The notes beneath the pieces were generated by a model. The model did no database searches, had not been told where the DNA came from, and saw only the letters and a list, made by a program, of their open reading frames with translations. 64,000 nucleotides of DNA from an uncultured Acidobacteriota bacterium (GTDB lineage Bacteria > Acidobacteriota > Thermoanaerobaculia > UBA5066): the NCBI GenBank assembly GCA_963779415.1, contig CAVZYA010000001.1, positions 1,568,001 through 1,632,000 of the forward strand, read 5' to 3'. Below are positions 51,239 to 61,437 of the stretch, piece after piece (positions within the stretch are counted from its first letter, which is position 1; the number at the start of each line of letters is the position of its first letter). The position numbers were made by a program, and so were the translations under genes.

Positions 51239-53419
51239 GTGACAGCGAGAACCGGAATCGGAGCCGTCCTCCTTGCCGCGCTCTCTCTCCTCGGAGCCGC
51301 CTGCGGAAAGGGGCACCTGCCGGAACGGAGCTGGCCCGGGTCCCCGGTCATCCTCGTCTCGATCGACACGCTCCGGTCGGACCACTTGCCGATGTACGGA
51401 GACGCGGACGTCGAGACGCCCGCCCTTTCGGCCTTCCGGAAGGAATCGATTCTCTTCGAGAAGGCCTACAGCCAGGTCCCGCTGACTCTTCCCTCGCACG
51501 GCAGCCTTCTCACGGGACACCTCCCCGCCGTCCATGGCCTCCGCGACAACCTCGGCTACCGCCTCGACCCGAAAACAGTGACGCTCGCGGAGGCACTCCG
51601 GAAGTCCGGCTACGCCACCGGCGGCGCGGTCTCGTGCATCGTTCTTTCCGGAGCGAGCGGAATAGGCCGCGGCTTCGATCTCTGGGAGGATTCGATCGAG
51701 CCGACGAAGGCCAACGAGGCGCTCAGCCGAATCCAGCGCCCGGGGGGAGAGACCGAGAGACTCCTCGAAGGCTGGATCGAAAGGCAGCCGGCGGAGAAGC
51801 CCCTTTTCGCCTTCCTTCATCTCTACGAGCCGCACACCCCCTACGAGCCTCCGGAGCCGTACGCGAGCCGGTACCGGGGCCGGGAGTACGACGGGGAGAT
51901 CGCCTTTGCCGACGAGCTGGTCGGTCGCTTTTTCGACTTCCTGAAGAAGAGGGGGCTCTACGACCGGGCGCTCGTTTTCGTTCTTTCGGACCACGGAGAG
52001 GGACTCGGCGAGCACGGCGAGGACGAGCACGGCCTCTTCCTCTACCGCTACGCGCTGCAGGTCCCGCTCATGGTGAAGCTCCCTGGAAGCGGGAACGCGG
52101 GCGCTTCCGTCGCGACGGCGGTCCCGCTGATCGACGTCTTCACGACGGTGATCCAGGCGGCAGGCGTCGCCGGCGTCGCGCCACCGCCGGGGACCGACTC
52201 GCTTCTCGACGTGGCGGCGGGACGGGCCGGGGAAGGGAGGAGGATCTTCGCCGAGACGCTCTTCCCACGGCTCCACTTCGGCTGGGCCGACACCGCGTCC
52301 CTCGTCGACGGTCCCTGGCACTACATCGAGTCGCCGAAGCCGGAACTCTACGACCTAAAGAAGGACCCCCGGGAGATCGAGAACCTCGCGGAGGGAAAGC
52401 CGCCCTCATTCCGGACGCTCCGGATCGAGATGGAGAAGCGCCGGAGTGCCTTCACCGCGCCGGGGCCCATTGACCCCGAGGAGGCGAAAAAGCTCGCGTC
52501 GCTCGGATACCTCTCGTCCGGCGTCCCCGCGGGAAGCGGCCCGCTCCCAGACGCGAAGGACGAGGTCTTCGTCATTCGCGACCTCAAGACGGGCTCGGAC
52601 CTCCTGAGAGCCGGGCGGTACCCGGAGGCCATCGTCCTCTTCCGGAAGCTCCTCGACCGGAATCCCCGGATGCTCGAGGTCTGGGATCTCTATGCCGAGG
52701 CACTCCAGAAGATGCACCGGAATGAGGAGGCTCTCGCGGCGCTGAAGCAAGCGATTGCGTCCTCGCCGGATGGAGCGACGAACTACTTCGTCGCGGTCGC
52801 GAAGTTCTGTCTGCGGCTGGGAAGGCTGGAAGAAGCCGAAAAGAACGCCGAGATCGCCCGGGGCCGCGGGGATCCGGCTGCCGATGACGTTCTCATCCGG
52901 ATCCATCTCATGAAGAAGGAGTGGCCGGTGGCCGAAGCGGAGGCGAAGGCGATGCTCGCCGCGCAGCCCAACAAGCGCCTCCCCTATCTCGCCCTCGCCC
53001 GCGTCGAGGTCGAGAGAAACAACCTCCCGACGGCACTCCAGCTCGTGGAACGGGCGCGAAATCTCGGAGGAGGCCGCGAGAGCATGGCGATCTTCAGCCT
53101 CCACTTCCTCCGGGGGGACATCCTTGCCCGGATGGGGCGTCCGGCGGAGGCCGAGCCGGAGTTCCTCGAGGAGATCCGCCTCTTCCCCGACAACCTCGAC
53201 GCCTATGCGTCCCTCGTCGCCCTCTCTGCCTCGCAGGGCCGGCTCGAAGAGGCGCGGGACGTCGTCCGACGTCTCGTGACGGCGAACCCGATGCCCGAGT
53301 CCTTCGCGCTCGGAATGAAAGCGCTCGCGGTCGTCGGGGACCGCGCCGGGGCCGAGAGTGTCCGCCGCGCCGGCGCGGCCCGCTTTCCGTCGGACCGCCG
53401 GTTCTCGGCAAAGACGTGA
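51239..53419 (+). CDS. Sulfatase-like (alkaline phosphatase superfamily) lipoprotein with TPR tail, copy 1
   Basis: Lipobox GAAC; SIDTLRSDH, PLTLPSH, HLYEPHTPY, SDHGEGL, EHG; C-terminal TPRs. Confidence 0.9.
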   Translation: MTARTGIGAVLLAALSLLGAACGKGHLPERSWPGSPVILVSIDTLRSDHLPMYGDADVETPALSAFRKESILFEKAYSQVPLTLPSHGSLLTGHLPAVHGLRDNLGYRLDPKTVTLAEALRKSGYATGGAVSCIVLSGASGIGRGFDLWEDSIEPTKANEALSRIQRPGGETERLLEGWIERQPAEKPLFAFLHLYEPHTPYEPPEPYASRYRGREYDGEIAFADELVGRFFDFLKKRGLYDRALVFVLSDHGEGLGEHGEDEHGLFLYRYALQVPLMVKLPGSGNAGASVATAVPLIDVFTTVIQAAGVAGVAPPPGTDSLLDVAAGRAGEGRRIFAETLFPRLHFGWADTASLVDGPWHYIESPKPELYDLKKDPREIENLAEGKPPSFRTLRIEMEKRRSAFTAPGPIDPEEAKKLASLGYLSSGVPAGSGPLPDAKDEVFVIRDLKTGSDLLRAGRYPEAIVLFRKLLDRNPRMLEVWDLYAEALQKMHRNEEALAALKQAIASSPDGATNYFVAVAKFCLRLGRLEEAEKNAEIARGRGDPAADDVLIRIHLMKKEWPVAEAEAKAMLAAQPNKRLPYLALARVEVERNNLPTALQLVERARNLGGGRESMAIFSLHFLRGDILARMGRPAEAEPEFLEEIRLFPDNLDAYASLVALSASQGRLEEARDVVRRLVTANPMPESFALGMKALAVVGDRAGAESVRRAGAARFPSDRRFSAKT

Positions 53420-53474
53420 GCGGCCTCTTTTCCGTGGCCGTCCGAAGGAGTAGCGTAGCCTTCAGAGAAGGCTG

Positions 53475-55670
53475 ATGACGGAACACGAACGCTTCAAGGT
53501 CGCGATTCTCCTCGGCGCTCTCCTGCCGGGTCTCATCGGCGCGCAGACGCCGTCCGCCCCTCCCGATCGAAAAGGCGCCGTCCAGACCTCCGCGGACGTC
53601 ACGGTCGTCGAGATCCCCGTCTATGTCGCCGGGAGCAACGGCCGGCCCGTCCGGGGCCTGACGAAGGCCGACTTCGAGCTCTACGACGAAGGGAAGCGCG
53701 TCGACGGCTTCGATCTGGACGTCATCGACCTCGAGGACTTCACGAAGCAGACGGTGACCCCCGACATCCCGCTCCCCCCGGCGGCGCAGCGCCACTTTTT
53801 CTTCCTCTTCGACCTCACGTTCGGCCAGCCGATCAACGTCGCCCGGGCGCGTCATGCGGCCGTCAACTTCGTCCAGAACACGATGAAGAACGGCGACCTC
53901 GGGGCCGTCGCGACCGTCGACGTCGAGAAGGGGATCAAGTTCGTCCTCGCCTTCACCGCCGACCGCGACCAGCTCTCCGCGGCCCTCTCCTCGCTCTCGC
54001 TTCCGAGCCTCCTCCCGGCGACGGCTGACCCCCTGGCCCTGACGATCTTCGACCCGTCGGGCAACGCCTCCGTCTCGGGGGGCTCCACGGCGGAATCGGG
54101 GCAGACGGCGAACGACGCCGAGTGGGCCGACATCCTTGCGTCGATCAAGAGGGCGTCGGACAAGAACTTCGACGCCTATTCGTCGGGGCGCATTCAGGCC
54201 CTCTCGAAGGAGCTTTCCGGCCTCGCCCGGATGCTCAGCTCGATTCACGGGCGGAAGAACGTCGTCTACTTCTCGGAAGGGTTCGACCAGAAGCTCCTTT
54301 CCGGCGTCACCGGAGAGATGTCCGGACGGACCGTGGGAGACCAGATCGTCTACGGCGCACACCAGTACGTCGATACGACCGACCAGTTCGGGCGGAGCGA
54401 GCTTCGCTCGGCTCTCGAGGAGATGTACCAGGTCTTCAAGCGGTCCGACTGCGCCATCTACACGGTCGACATCGCCGGCCTCGCGCCGCAGGCCGCCGCG
54501 AGCGTCGAGGGGATCTCGCCGACCGACCGGGGCGCCTCCACGGCGAGGCTCGGGAGCCGCGGCCGGGGTCAGGACTCGCTGTATGCATTCGCGGCAGAGA
54601 CCGGGGGGCAGTTCTTCAAGAACTCGAACGACCTCGGCGAGCACCTCGAAAAGCTCCAGGAGCAGACGGCGCTGGTCTACCTCCTGACCTACTCGCCGGG
54701 CGATCTCCGGGAGCCGGGACGATTCCATAGCCTGAAGGTCAAGGTGAAGTCGTCCGGCGCGCAGGTCTCGTCCCGGCCCGGCTACTACGAACCCAGAGCC
54801 TGGTCGAAGCTGACGCCGGGTGAGCGGCGTCTCCTCGCCGCCCAGCAGATCACTTACGGTCTCCCCCGGACCGATATCGCGGCCCGGGCCATCGCGACGC
54901 CGCTCCTGGCCGGAGACCGGGACGGCGCCCGCGTCCCCGTGATCCTCGAGATTCCCGGCGACACCCTCGTCAGGCAAGCGCTCGGTGACAAGCTGAATCT
55001 CGAGATCTACGCCTATGCGAGCGACCAGAGGCTCCGGACGAAGGGATTCTTCTCGCAATCGATCGGCCTCGACCTCGCCCGCATCGGGCCGCAGCTTTCC
55101 GCCTCGGGGCTGAAGTTCTACGGCGAGATGTACCTCCCCCCCGGAATGTACTGGCTGAAAGTCCTCATCCGGATTGCGGAAACCGGCCGGAGCGGCCTGA
55201 TCATCGTCCCCGTGACGGTCCCCTCGCACGAGAACCGCCAGCTCTTCACGGTCGGCCCCCTCTTCCATGAGACGGCCGGAAACTGGCTGATGGTCAAGGC
55301 GCGGGCAAAGCCGGGAAGCCCGGCTGCCGGCTCCTATCCGTTCATCTCGCGGGGCACCTCCTTCATCCCCGCGGCGGACCCGGTTCTCGACCGCACAGGA
55401 GAGTCCGCACTGTCGCTCTATGTCTACAACGCACCGGCCGGAGACGAATTCGACGTACGGGGCGAGGTCCGTGGAAAGACAGGCGTGAGGCTCGGCCCCG
55501 CGGCGATCTCGAAGGTCTCCTCCTCGCGCGACGCCGGCGGCCCCCTGAACCTTCTCTGCTCCTTCCGGCCTGAGAAGCTGGAGAAAGGAAGCTATACCCT
55601 CTGGGTCGGCATCAAGGATCGCGCCACGGGCACAGAGGGAGAATCACTCGGATTTTTCGAGGTGCGCTGA
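53475..55670 (+). CDS. Acidobacterial-type VWA domain protein with C-terminal Ig-like domains
   Basis: VEIPVYV..GLTKADFELYDEG, GRKNVVYFSEG, AAETGG, YLLTYSP, RPGYY; degenerate MIDAS (FDLTF). Confidence 0.85.
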   Translation: MTEHERFKVAILLGALLPGLIGAQTPSAPPDRKGAVQTSADVTVVEIPVYVAGSNGRPVRGLTKADFELYDEGKRVDGFDLDVIDLEDFTKQTVTPDIPLPPAAQRHFFFLFDLTFGQPINVARARHAAVNFVQNTMKNGDLGAVATVDVEKGIKFVLAFTADRDQLSAALSSLSLPSLLPATADPLALTIFDPSGNASVSGGSTAESGQTANDAEWADILASIKRASDKNFDAYSSGRIQALSKELSGLARMLSSIHGRKNVVYFSEGFDQKLLSGVTGEMSGRTVGDQIVYGAHQYVDTTDQFGRSELRSALEEMYQVFKRSDCAIYTVDIAGLAPQAAASVEGISPTDRGASTARLGSRGRGQDSLYAFAAETGGQFFKNSNDLGEHLEKLQEQTALVYLLTYSPGDLREPGRFHSLKVKVKSSGAQVSSRPGYYEPRAWSKLTPGERRLLAAQQITYGLPRTDIAARAIATPLLAGDRDGARVPVILEIPGDTLVRQALGDKLNLEIYAYASDQRLRTKGFFSQSIGLDLARIGPQLSASGLKFYGEMYLPPGMYWLKVLIRIAETGRSGLIIVPVTVPSHENRQLFTVGPLFHETAGNWLMVKARAKPGSPAAGSYPFISRGTSFIPAADPVLDRTGESALSLYVYNAPAGDEFDVRGEVRGKTGVRLGPAAISKVSSSRDAGGPLNLLCSFRPEKLEKGSYTLWVGIKDRATGTEGESLGFFEVR

Positions 55671-55722
55671 GGCGCCCCTCTTCCGCGCCGGCGGCCCGAA
55701 CGCCCGCGCCAGGAGCCAGACT

Positions 55723-56685
55723 ATGAGACGTCGCATCCGACGCACCACCGTCCTTCTCGCTCTCGCTGCGGCCCTTCTCGCGCTTCCGGCCTCCTCTCAG
55801 GACTGGAAGGGACGGGGGCGGCTCGAGGGGCGGGTGACCGACATGGACGGGAAGCCGATCGAAGGGGCCAAGATCCGGATCAGCCTTCCGGACCACCCGG
55901 AACAGGGAGCCGACACCAAGACGGACGCCAAGGGGCGCTGGGCCTACATGGGCCTCCGGGGCGGCGAGTGGAAGGTCACGATCGAGGCGCCGGGATACAT
56001 CACCGGGGAGACCGTTCTCAGCGTCAGCGAGGTCATGCGCGGTAATCCCGCCAACTATTCGATGAAACCGGTGCCGAAAGAGGTTCCGGCGGCGGCGGGA
56101 GGCCTCGCTCCCGAGATCGCCGAGGCGCTCAAGGCCGGAAACGCCGCGCTGGAGGAGAAGCGCTGGGCCGACGCGAGCGCGGCCTTCGAGAAGGTCCTCG
56201 TCGTGGCCCCCGACAACGTGGGTCTGCTGATGGCGCTGGCTCGCTCCTACTCCGGAGAAGGGAAGAACGAGAAAGCCATCGAGATGCTTGAGAAGGTGAC
56301 CCAGAAGGATTCGTCGAACTGGGGCGCCTGGCTCCTCGAAGCGAACATGCTCCTGGACAAGGGAAGGCTCGACGAAGGGCGGGCGGCTCTGGAACACGTG
56401 CCGGCGCAATCCGTCACCGACCCGAACATCTTCATCAACGTCGGCGTCCTCTTCATGAACCAGAAGAAGAACGACGAGGCGGAGACGTACTTCTCGAAGG
56501 CCATCGACATCGCCCCCGGCCAGTTCGACGGTTACTACTACCGCGGCCTCGCTCGAATCGGCCTCAAGAACTACGACGGTGCCCGGGCGGACCTCTCGAA
56601 GGTGGTAGAGCTCGCCCCGAAGGACGCCAGCGAGGCCAAGGAGGCCGAGCAACTCCTCGAGGCGCTCAAGGGCTCGAAGAAATAG
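55723..56685 (+). CDS. Carboxypeptidase-regulatory-like domain + TPR exported protein
   Basis: GRLEGRVTDMDGKPIEGA..TDAKGRW..EAPGY; TPRs (YYYRGLA). Confidence 0.85.
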   Translation: MRRRIRRTTVLLALAAALLALPASSQDWKGRGRLEGRVTDMDGKPIEGAKIRISLPDHPEQGADTKTDAKGRWAYMGLRGGEWKVTIEAPGYITGETVLSVSEVMRGNPANYSMKPVPKEVPAAAGGLAPEIAEALKAGNAALEEKRWADASAAFEKVLVVAPDNVGLLMALARSYSGEGKNEKAIEMLEKVTQKDSSNWGAWLLEANMLLDKGRLDEGRAALEHVPAQSVTDPNIFINVGVLFMNQKKNDEAETYFSKAIDIAPGQFDGYYYRGLARIGLKNYDGARADLSKVVELAPKDASEAKEAEQLLEALKGSKK

Positions 56686-56695
56686 GGAGCGCGCG

Positions 56696-58804
56696 ATTCG
56701 GTACTCGCGCCCCGCCGCTGCGCTCGGTGCAGCGCTCCTGATCCTCGCCGGCTGTCGGCGGGAAGAGGCGCCTGCGCGCCCGGCTGCCGCGGGCCTCGAC
56801 GTCGTCCTCATCACGGTCGACACGTGGCGTGCCGACGCTGCCGGCTTCGCGGGATCGACGCGCGTCCGGACTCCCGCCTTCGACCGGCTGGCCGCCGCCG
56901 GACGGGTCTTCACGAACGCGCGCGCCCACAACGTCATCACGCTCCCGTCGCACGCCAACATCCTGACCGGGCTCTTCCCCTTCCAGCACGGCATCCGCGA
57001 CAACTCGGGGTTCCGCCTCGGAGCCGACGTCCCGACCCTCGCGACGCGCCTCTCGGCACGCGGGTACGCCGCCGGGGCCTTCGTCTCGGCCTTCCCGCTC
57101 GATGCGCGGTGGGGCCTCGCGCGCGGCTTCGCCGTCTACGACGACCGGGTGGGCCAGGGATCCGACACCGGAAGCTTCCAGTTCCCGGAGCGTCCCGGAA
57201 CGGAGACGGTCGCGAAGGCGCTTGCCTGGTGGAGGACTCAGCCGCCCGGGAAGCGGTTTCTCTGGGTCCACGTCTTCGAGCCGCACGCCCCGTACATGCC
57301 TCCTCCCCCATTTGACGCCGAATACCGGGATGCGCCCTATCTTGGCGAGGTGGCCGCGGCCGACGCCGCGCTCGCCCCTCTTCTCGACGAGATTCTTTCC
57401 GCCCCCGCCGGCTCCGTCCTCGCATTCCTCACGGGTGACCACGGCGAATCCCTCGGCGAGCACGGCGAGGAGACCCACGGCCTCTTCGCCTACGACGCGA
57501 CGCTGAAGATCCCGCTCGTCGCCTTCGGACCACGCATTGCGGCGGGACGCGACGCCCGCCCCGTCGGGCACGTCGACATCGTCCCGACCGTTCTCGACGC
57601 GATCGGGGCGCCTTCCGATCCCGCGCTCCCCGGGCGCTCGCTGATCGGGCCGGACGAGACCGGCCGAACTCTCTACTTCGAAGCGCTCTCCGCGAGCTTC
57701 AACCGGGGCTGGGCGCCTCTCACGGGAGTCCTGCGCGGCGGACTCAAGTACATCGACCTGCCGATCCGCGAGCTGTACGACCTCCCCTCGGACCCGAAGG
57801 AAGCGGTGAATCTCGCCGCGGCACGCGATGCGGATCTTCGCGCTCTCGCACGCGTTCTCCCGCCGGAGGCCAAGCAGCCGCCCCGCCCCGGCACCCCGTC
57901 CGCGGAGGAGATCGCGAAGCTGCGCGCCCTCGGCTACGTCGCCTCAGCGACCCGCCCTGCGGCGCGCGCGACGTACACGGAGGCCGACGACCCGAAGCGG
58001 CTCATCGGCATCGACCAGGCGATCCACCGGATGATCGACCACTACCAGCGCGGACGAATGGCGGAGGCCATCGCCGAGGCCGAGCACCTCGTCGCACGGC
58101 ACCCGCGCCTCGGGGTCTGCGTCGAGCAGCTTGCGTTTCTCTACCAGCAGGCGAACCGCCTGCCGGACGCCGCGCGCGTCCTGAGAGCATTTTTCGAAGG
58201 GCCGGGGAAGGAAGGCGCCGCGCCGGAAGCGCTTCGTGCCCGGTACGGCATGGTCCTCTCGGAGATGGGCCGTCCGAAGGAGGCCGTCCGCGTCCTTTCT
58301 CCTCTTTCGGCGAGCACCGACCCGGACTCCCTCGACGCCCTCGGCATCGCCCTCGCGGATGCCGGCGACTTCGCGGCCGCTCGCGACTCGTTCGGCCGGG
58401 CGCTCGTGCTCGACCCCAAGGATCCAAGAGCGCTCGAGAGTCTCGGTGTCGTCGCCCTCCGCGAGAAGAAATACGAGGAGGCGCGGGCGACGTTCCAGAA
58501 GGCCCTCGACGTGAACCCGAAGCTCCCCGGCTCTCTCAACGGGCTCGGAGCCGCCGAGGACGCGCTCGGGAATCTCGACGCCGCCCTCGCGGCGTGGAAC
58601 GCGGCGCTGGCCGTGAACCCCAACGACCTCGACGCGCTCTTCAACCTCGGGACGACGGCAGCGCGGGCCGGCCGGCCGGAGGGGGCCCCCGCCCTGTCGC
58701 GCTATCTCGCCATCGCAGCGCCGGCGCGCTTTCCCCGCGAGCGCGCCGAGGCCGAGGCGCTCCTCCGTTCCCTCGCGTCCGCGCCCCGGCCATTGGCCCG
58801 ATAA
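56696..58804 (+). CDS. Sulfatase-like TPR lipoprotein, copy 2; probable ATT start
   Basis: Frame is open upstream of the track start: IRYSRPAAALGAALLILAGC lipobox, TVDTWRAD, ITLPSH, HVFEPHAPY, GDHGES. SD GGGAG lies 6 nt before ATT. Confidence 0.85.
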   Translation: MRYSRPAAALGAALLILAGCRREEAPARPAAAGLDVVLITVDTWRADAAGFAGSTRVRTPAFDRLAAAGRVFTNARAHNVITLPSHANILTGLFPFQHGIRDNSGFRLGADVPTLATRLSARGYAAGAFVSAFPLDARWGLARGFAVYDDRVGQGSDTGSFQFPERPGTETVAKALAWWRTQPPGKRFLWVHVFEPHAPYMPPPPFDAEYRDAPYLGEVAAADAALAPLLDEILSAPAGSVLAFLTGDHGESLGEHGEETHGLFAYDATLKIPLVAFGPRIAAGRDARPVGHVDIVPTVLDAIGAPSDPALPGRSLIGPDETGRTLYFEALSASFNRGWAPLTGVLRGGLKYIDLPIRELYDLPSDPKEAVNLAAARDADLRALARVLPPEAKQPPRPGTPSAEEIAKLRALGYVASATRPAARATYTEADDPKRLIGIDQAIHRMIDHYQRGRMAEAIAEAEHLVARHPRLGVCVEQLAFLYQQANRLPDAARVLRAFFEGPGKEGAAPEALRARYGMVLSEMGRPKEAVRVLSPLSASTDPDSLDALGIALADAGDFAAARDSFGRALVLDPKDPRALESLGVVALREKKYEEARATFQKALDVNPKLPGSLNGLGAAEDALGNLDAALAAWNAALAVNPNDLDALFNLGTTAARAGRPEGAPALSRYLAIAAPARFPRERAEAEALLRSLASAPRPLAR

Positions 58805-58813
58805 TCCGCGCCG

Positions 58814-61018
58814 ATGAAGATCCGGGGACTCCTCGCGCTCGTCGTCCTCCTCGTCGCGGCACCAGGCTGCCGGAAACGCGCCGGAAGCACGCGGTATCCG
58901 AACGCTCCCGTCGTGATCGTCTCGATCGACACGCTCCGGTCCGATCACCTTCCCGTGTACGGCTACCGGAACGTGGAGACCCCGGCGATCGACGCGTTCC
59001 GGCGTGAGGCCATTCTCTACGAGCGGGCTTACTCGCACGTGCCGCTCACGCTTCCCTCGCACGCCACGATCTTCACCGGCCTCCTTCCCGCCCAGCACGG
59101 CCTCCACGACAACCTCGGCTACACGCTCGCCCCGTCGGCGGAGACGCTCGCCTCCCGGTTGAAGAAGGCCGGCTACCGGACGGGCGGCGCCGTGTCGGCC
59201 GTCGTCCTCTCGCATCTCTCGGGAATCTCGCGCGGTTTCGACTTCTATGACGACGCGGTCGAAGTCACGGAAGGGCGCAAGATCCTCTCGTATGTGCGGC
59301 GGCACGGCGCCGCGACGGCGGCGTCGCTGGAGAGCTGGATCACCGACGCGGGTGTGGAGCGTCCGCTCTTCGCCTTTCTGCACCTCTACGAACCGCACGC
59401 CCCGCACGAGCCTCCCGAGCCCTGGAAGAGTCGCTTCGCCAATCCGTACGACGGCGAGATCGCGACGGCGGACGCGATCGTTGGCGACTTCTTCGGCTTC
59501 CTGAAGAGGAACGGCCTCTACGACCGCTCCCTCATCCTCGTCCTGTCGGATCATGGCGAGGGACTGGGCGACCATGGCGAGGCGGAGCACGGCATCTTCC
59601 TCTATCGCGAGGCGCTCCAGGTCCCGCTCCTCGTCAAGCTTCCGGGCGGCGCGCACGGGGGTGAGTCCGTCTCGACCCCCGTCGGTCTCGCGGACGTCCT
59701 TCCCGGCGTCCTCTCGCTCACGGGGGTCCCGCTTCCCGCAGGGTTGTCTCTCCAGGGCCGTCCTTTTCCGATTCCAGGCGATCCAGAGCCGCCGGCCCGG
59801 CGCCTCTTCGCCGAGTCGTATTACCCGCGGATCCATTTCGGCTGGAGCGATCTCGCGTCGCTCACGGACGGACACCTCCATTACATAAAGGCGCCACGCC
59901 CCGAGTTCTACGACCTCGAAACGGACCCCGGCGAGAAGACGGATCTCGCGGCCGAAAAGCCGGAAGGCCTCCGTTCGATGAAGATCGAGATCGAGAAGAT
60001 TCCGGCGGTCTTCGACCGGCCGCGGGACGTCGACCCCGAGCAGGCGAAGAAGCTCGCCTCCCTCGGCTACCTGACGGGAGGTGCGGCCCAGACGGCCGGG
60101 CCGCTCCCCGACCCGAAGGACGGCATCGCGACCCTCGCGGCGCTCGGGGAGGGCTTCGCCGCGCTCAAGGCGGGCCGGTACGAGGAAGCGGCCACGACAT
60201 TTCGGCGGCTCCTGAACGCGAATCCCCGGATGCAGGACGTCTGGGACGCCGAGTCGCGCGCCCTCTTCCGCCTGGGGCGCTACGACGAGGCGCTCGCGGC
60301 GCTCAAGAAGGGGGCGGAGCTTTCCCCGTCGAGCGCCGCCTATTTCTTCATCTCGATCGCGAATGCCTGCCTCGTCCTCGGCCGGGTCGACGACGCCAAG
60401 GCGCACGCGGAGATCGCCCTGTCCCGCGGTGACCCTTCCGCTCACGAGATCCTCGCCCGCGTCGCGCTCGCGAAGGGCGACGTCGCGACCGCCGAGAAGG
60501 AGGCTCGCGAAGCGGTTGCGGCCTTCCCCCGCTCCCGTCTTCCGATCCTCGCCCTCGCGCGTGTCGAGATCGCCCGGGGGAATTTTCCGGCCGCACTCGC
60601 CCGCGTCGACGAGGCGGAGAAGATGACGGCGGCGTTCTCTCTCGAGCCGATCGAGTCTCTCGACTTCCTGAGAGGCGAGATCTTCGCCCGGATGAGCCGC
60701 CCCGAGGAGGCCGAGAGGGAGTTCAAGGCGGAACTCCGGGCCTTTCCGCAGAACGCCGACGCGCAGGCATCTCTCGCACTCCTCTACGCGGCGTGGGGAC
60801 GGAAGGCGGACGCTCGCCGGGTCCTCGGCGAGCTTGTCTCCGGGAATCCAAGCGCCAATCTGCTCCTGACCGCTGCGCAAGTCTCGACGATTCTCGGCGA
60901 CACCGCCGAGGCGTCCGTCTACCGGAAACGGGCCGCGGCGAAATCCGCTTCTTCCGTCGGTCCTCCTCGGGCACGAGGCGCCGACAGAGGTCGCCCCGCT
61001 CCCATCCCGTCCCGCTGA
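58814..61018 (+). CDS. Sulfatase-like TPR lipoprotein, copy 3
   Basis: APGC lipobox-like; SIDTLRSDH, PLTLPSH, HLYEPHAPH, SDHGEGL; close paralog of copy 1. Confidence 0.9.
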   Translation: MKIRGLLALVVLLVAAPGCRKRAGSTRYPNAPVVIVSIDTLRSDHLPVYGYRNVETPAIDAFRREAILYERAYSHVPLTLPSHATIFTGLLPAQHGLHDNLGYTLAPSAETLASRLKKAGYRTGGAVSAVVLSHLSGISRGFDFYDDAVEVTEGRKILSYVRRHGAATAASLESWITDAGVERPLFAFLHLYEPHAPHEPPEPWKSRFANPYDGEIATADAIVGDFFGFLKRNGLYDRSLILVLSDHGEGLGDHGEAEHGIFLYREALQVPLLVKLPGGAHGGESVSTPVGLADVLPGVLSLTGVPLPAGLSLQGRPFPIPGDPEPPARRLFAESYYPRIHFGWSDLASLTDGHLHYIKAPRPEFYDLETDPGEKTDLAAEKPEGLRSMKIEIEKIPAVFDRPRDVDPEQAKKLASLGYLTGGAAQTAGPLPDPKDGIATLAALGEGFAALKAGRYEEAATTFRRLLNANPRMQDVWDAESRALFRLGRYDEALAALKKGAELSPSSAAYFFISIANACLVLGRVDDAKAHAEIALSRGDPSAHEILARVALAKGDVATAEKEAREAVAAFPRSRLPILALARVEIARGNFPAALARVDEAEKMTAAFSLEPIESLDFLRGEIFARMSRPEEAEREFKAELRAFPQNADAQASLALLYAAWGRKADARRVLGELVSGNPSANLLLTAAQVSTILGDTAEASVYRKRAAAKSASSVGPPRARGADRGRPAPIPSR

Positions 61019-61053
61019 TCCGGGGGGTCTCGCCGGGGGGTCCGGCATCGCGC

Positions 61054-61437
61054 TTCCCGAATAAGAATCCACTTTGTTGAATCGAGAAACGGTCTCAAGC
61101 TCGTCTCCCGAGGAAGCCTACCTGATGCAGCGGGCCGCGGCGGCGGCAATCCACTGATTTCACGTCGTTTCCCATTGAAGAGAGGCCGGCCGAGCCGGGC
61201 CGTCGAAATCTGTCACGACCGGCTGAGTTCTTGCTTGAGTATGGCCAGAAATCGGTCTAGGCTTCAGAGAAATCGATTGAGTGTTCTTTCCCAAGGGGGA
61301 GTGGCTTGAAGGTTCGCATTGAGCGTCGTCGCTCTTTTCGTTCGGGAGGTACGAGGCAGATATCGGTGAGTCGGGGTGCAGGTGACTACTGGGTTTTCGT
61401 CTCCCACTTCGAAAAATCTGAAAGAAAGGCAGGTCAT
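61054..61437 (+). promoter_or_regulatory. Duplicated TBDT regulatory region, copy B
   Basis: CAATCCACTGATT at 61147; GG 61221 / GC 61233; TTGAGT-17-TAGGCT at 61235-61263; leader blocks shared with copy A. Confidence 0.7.
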
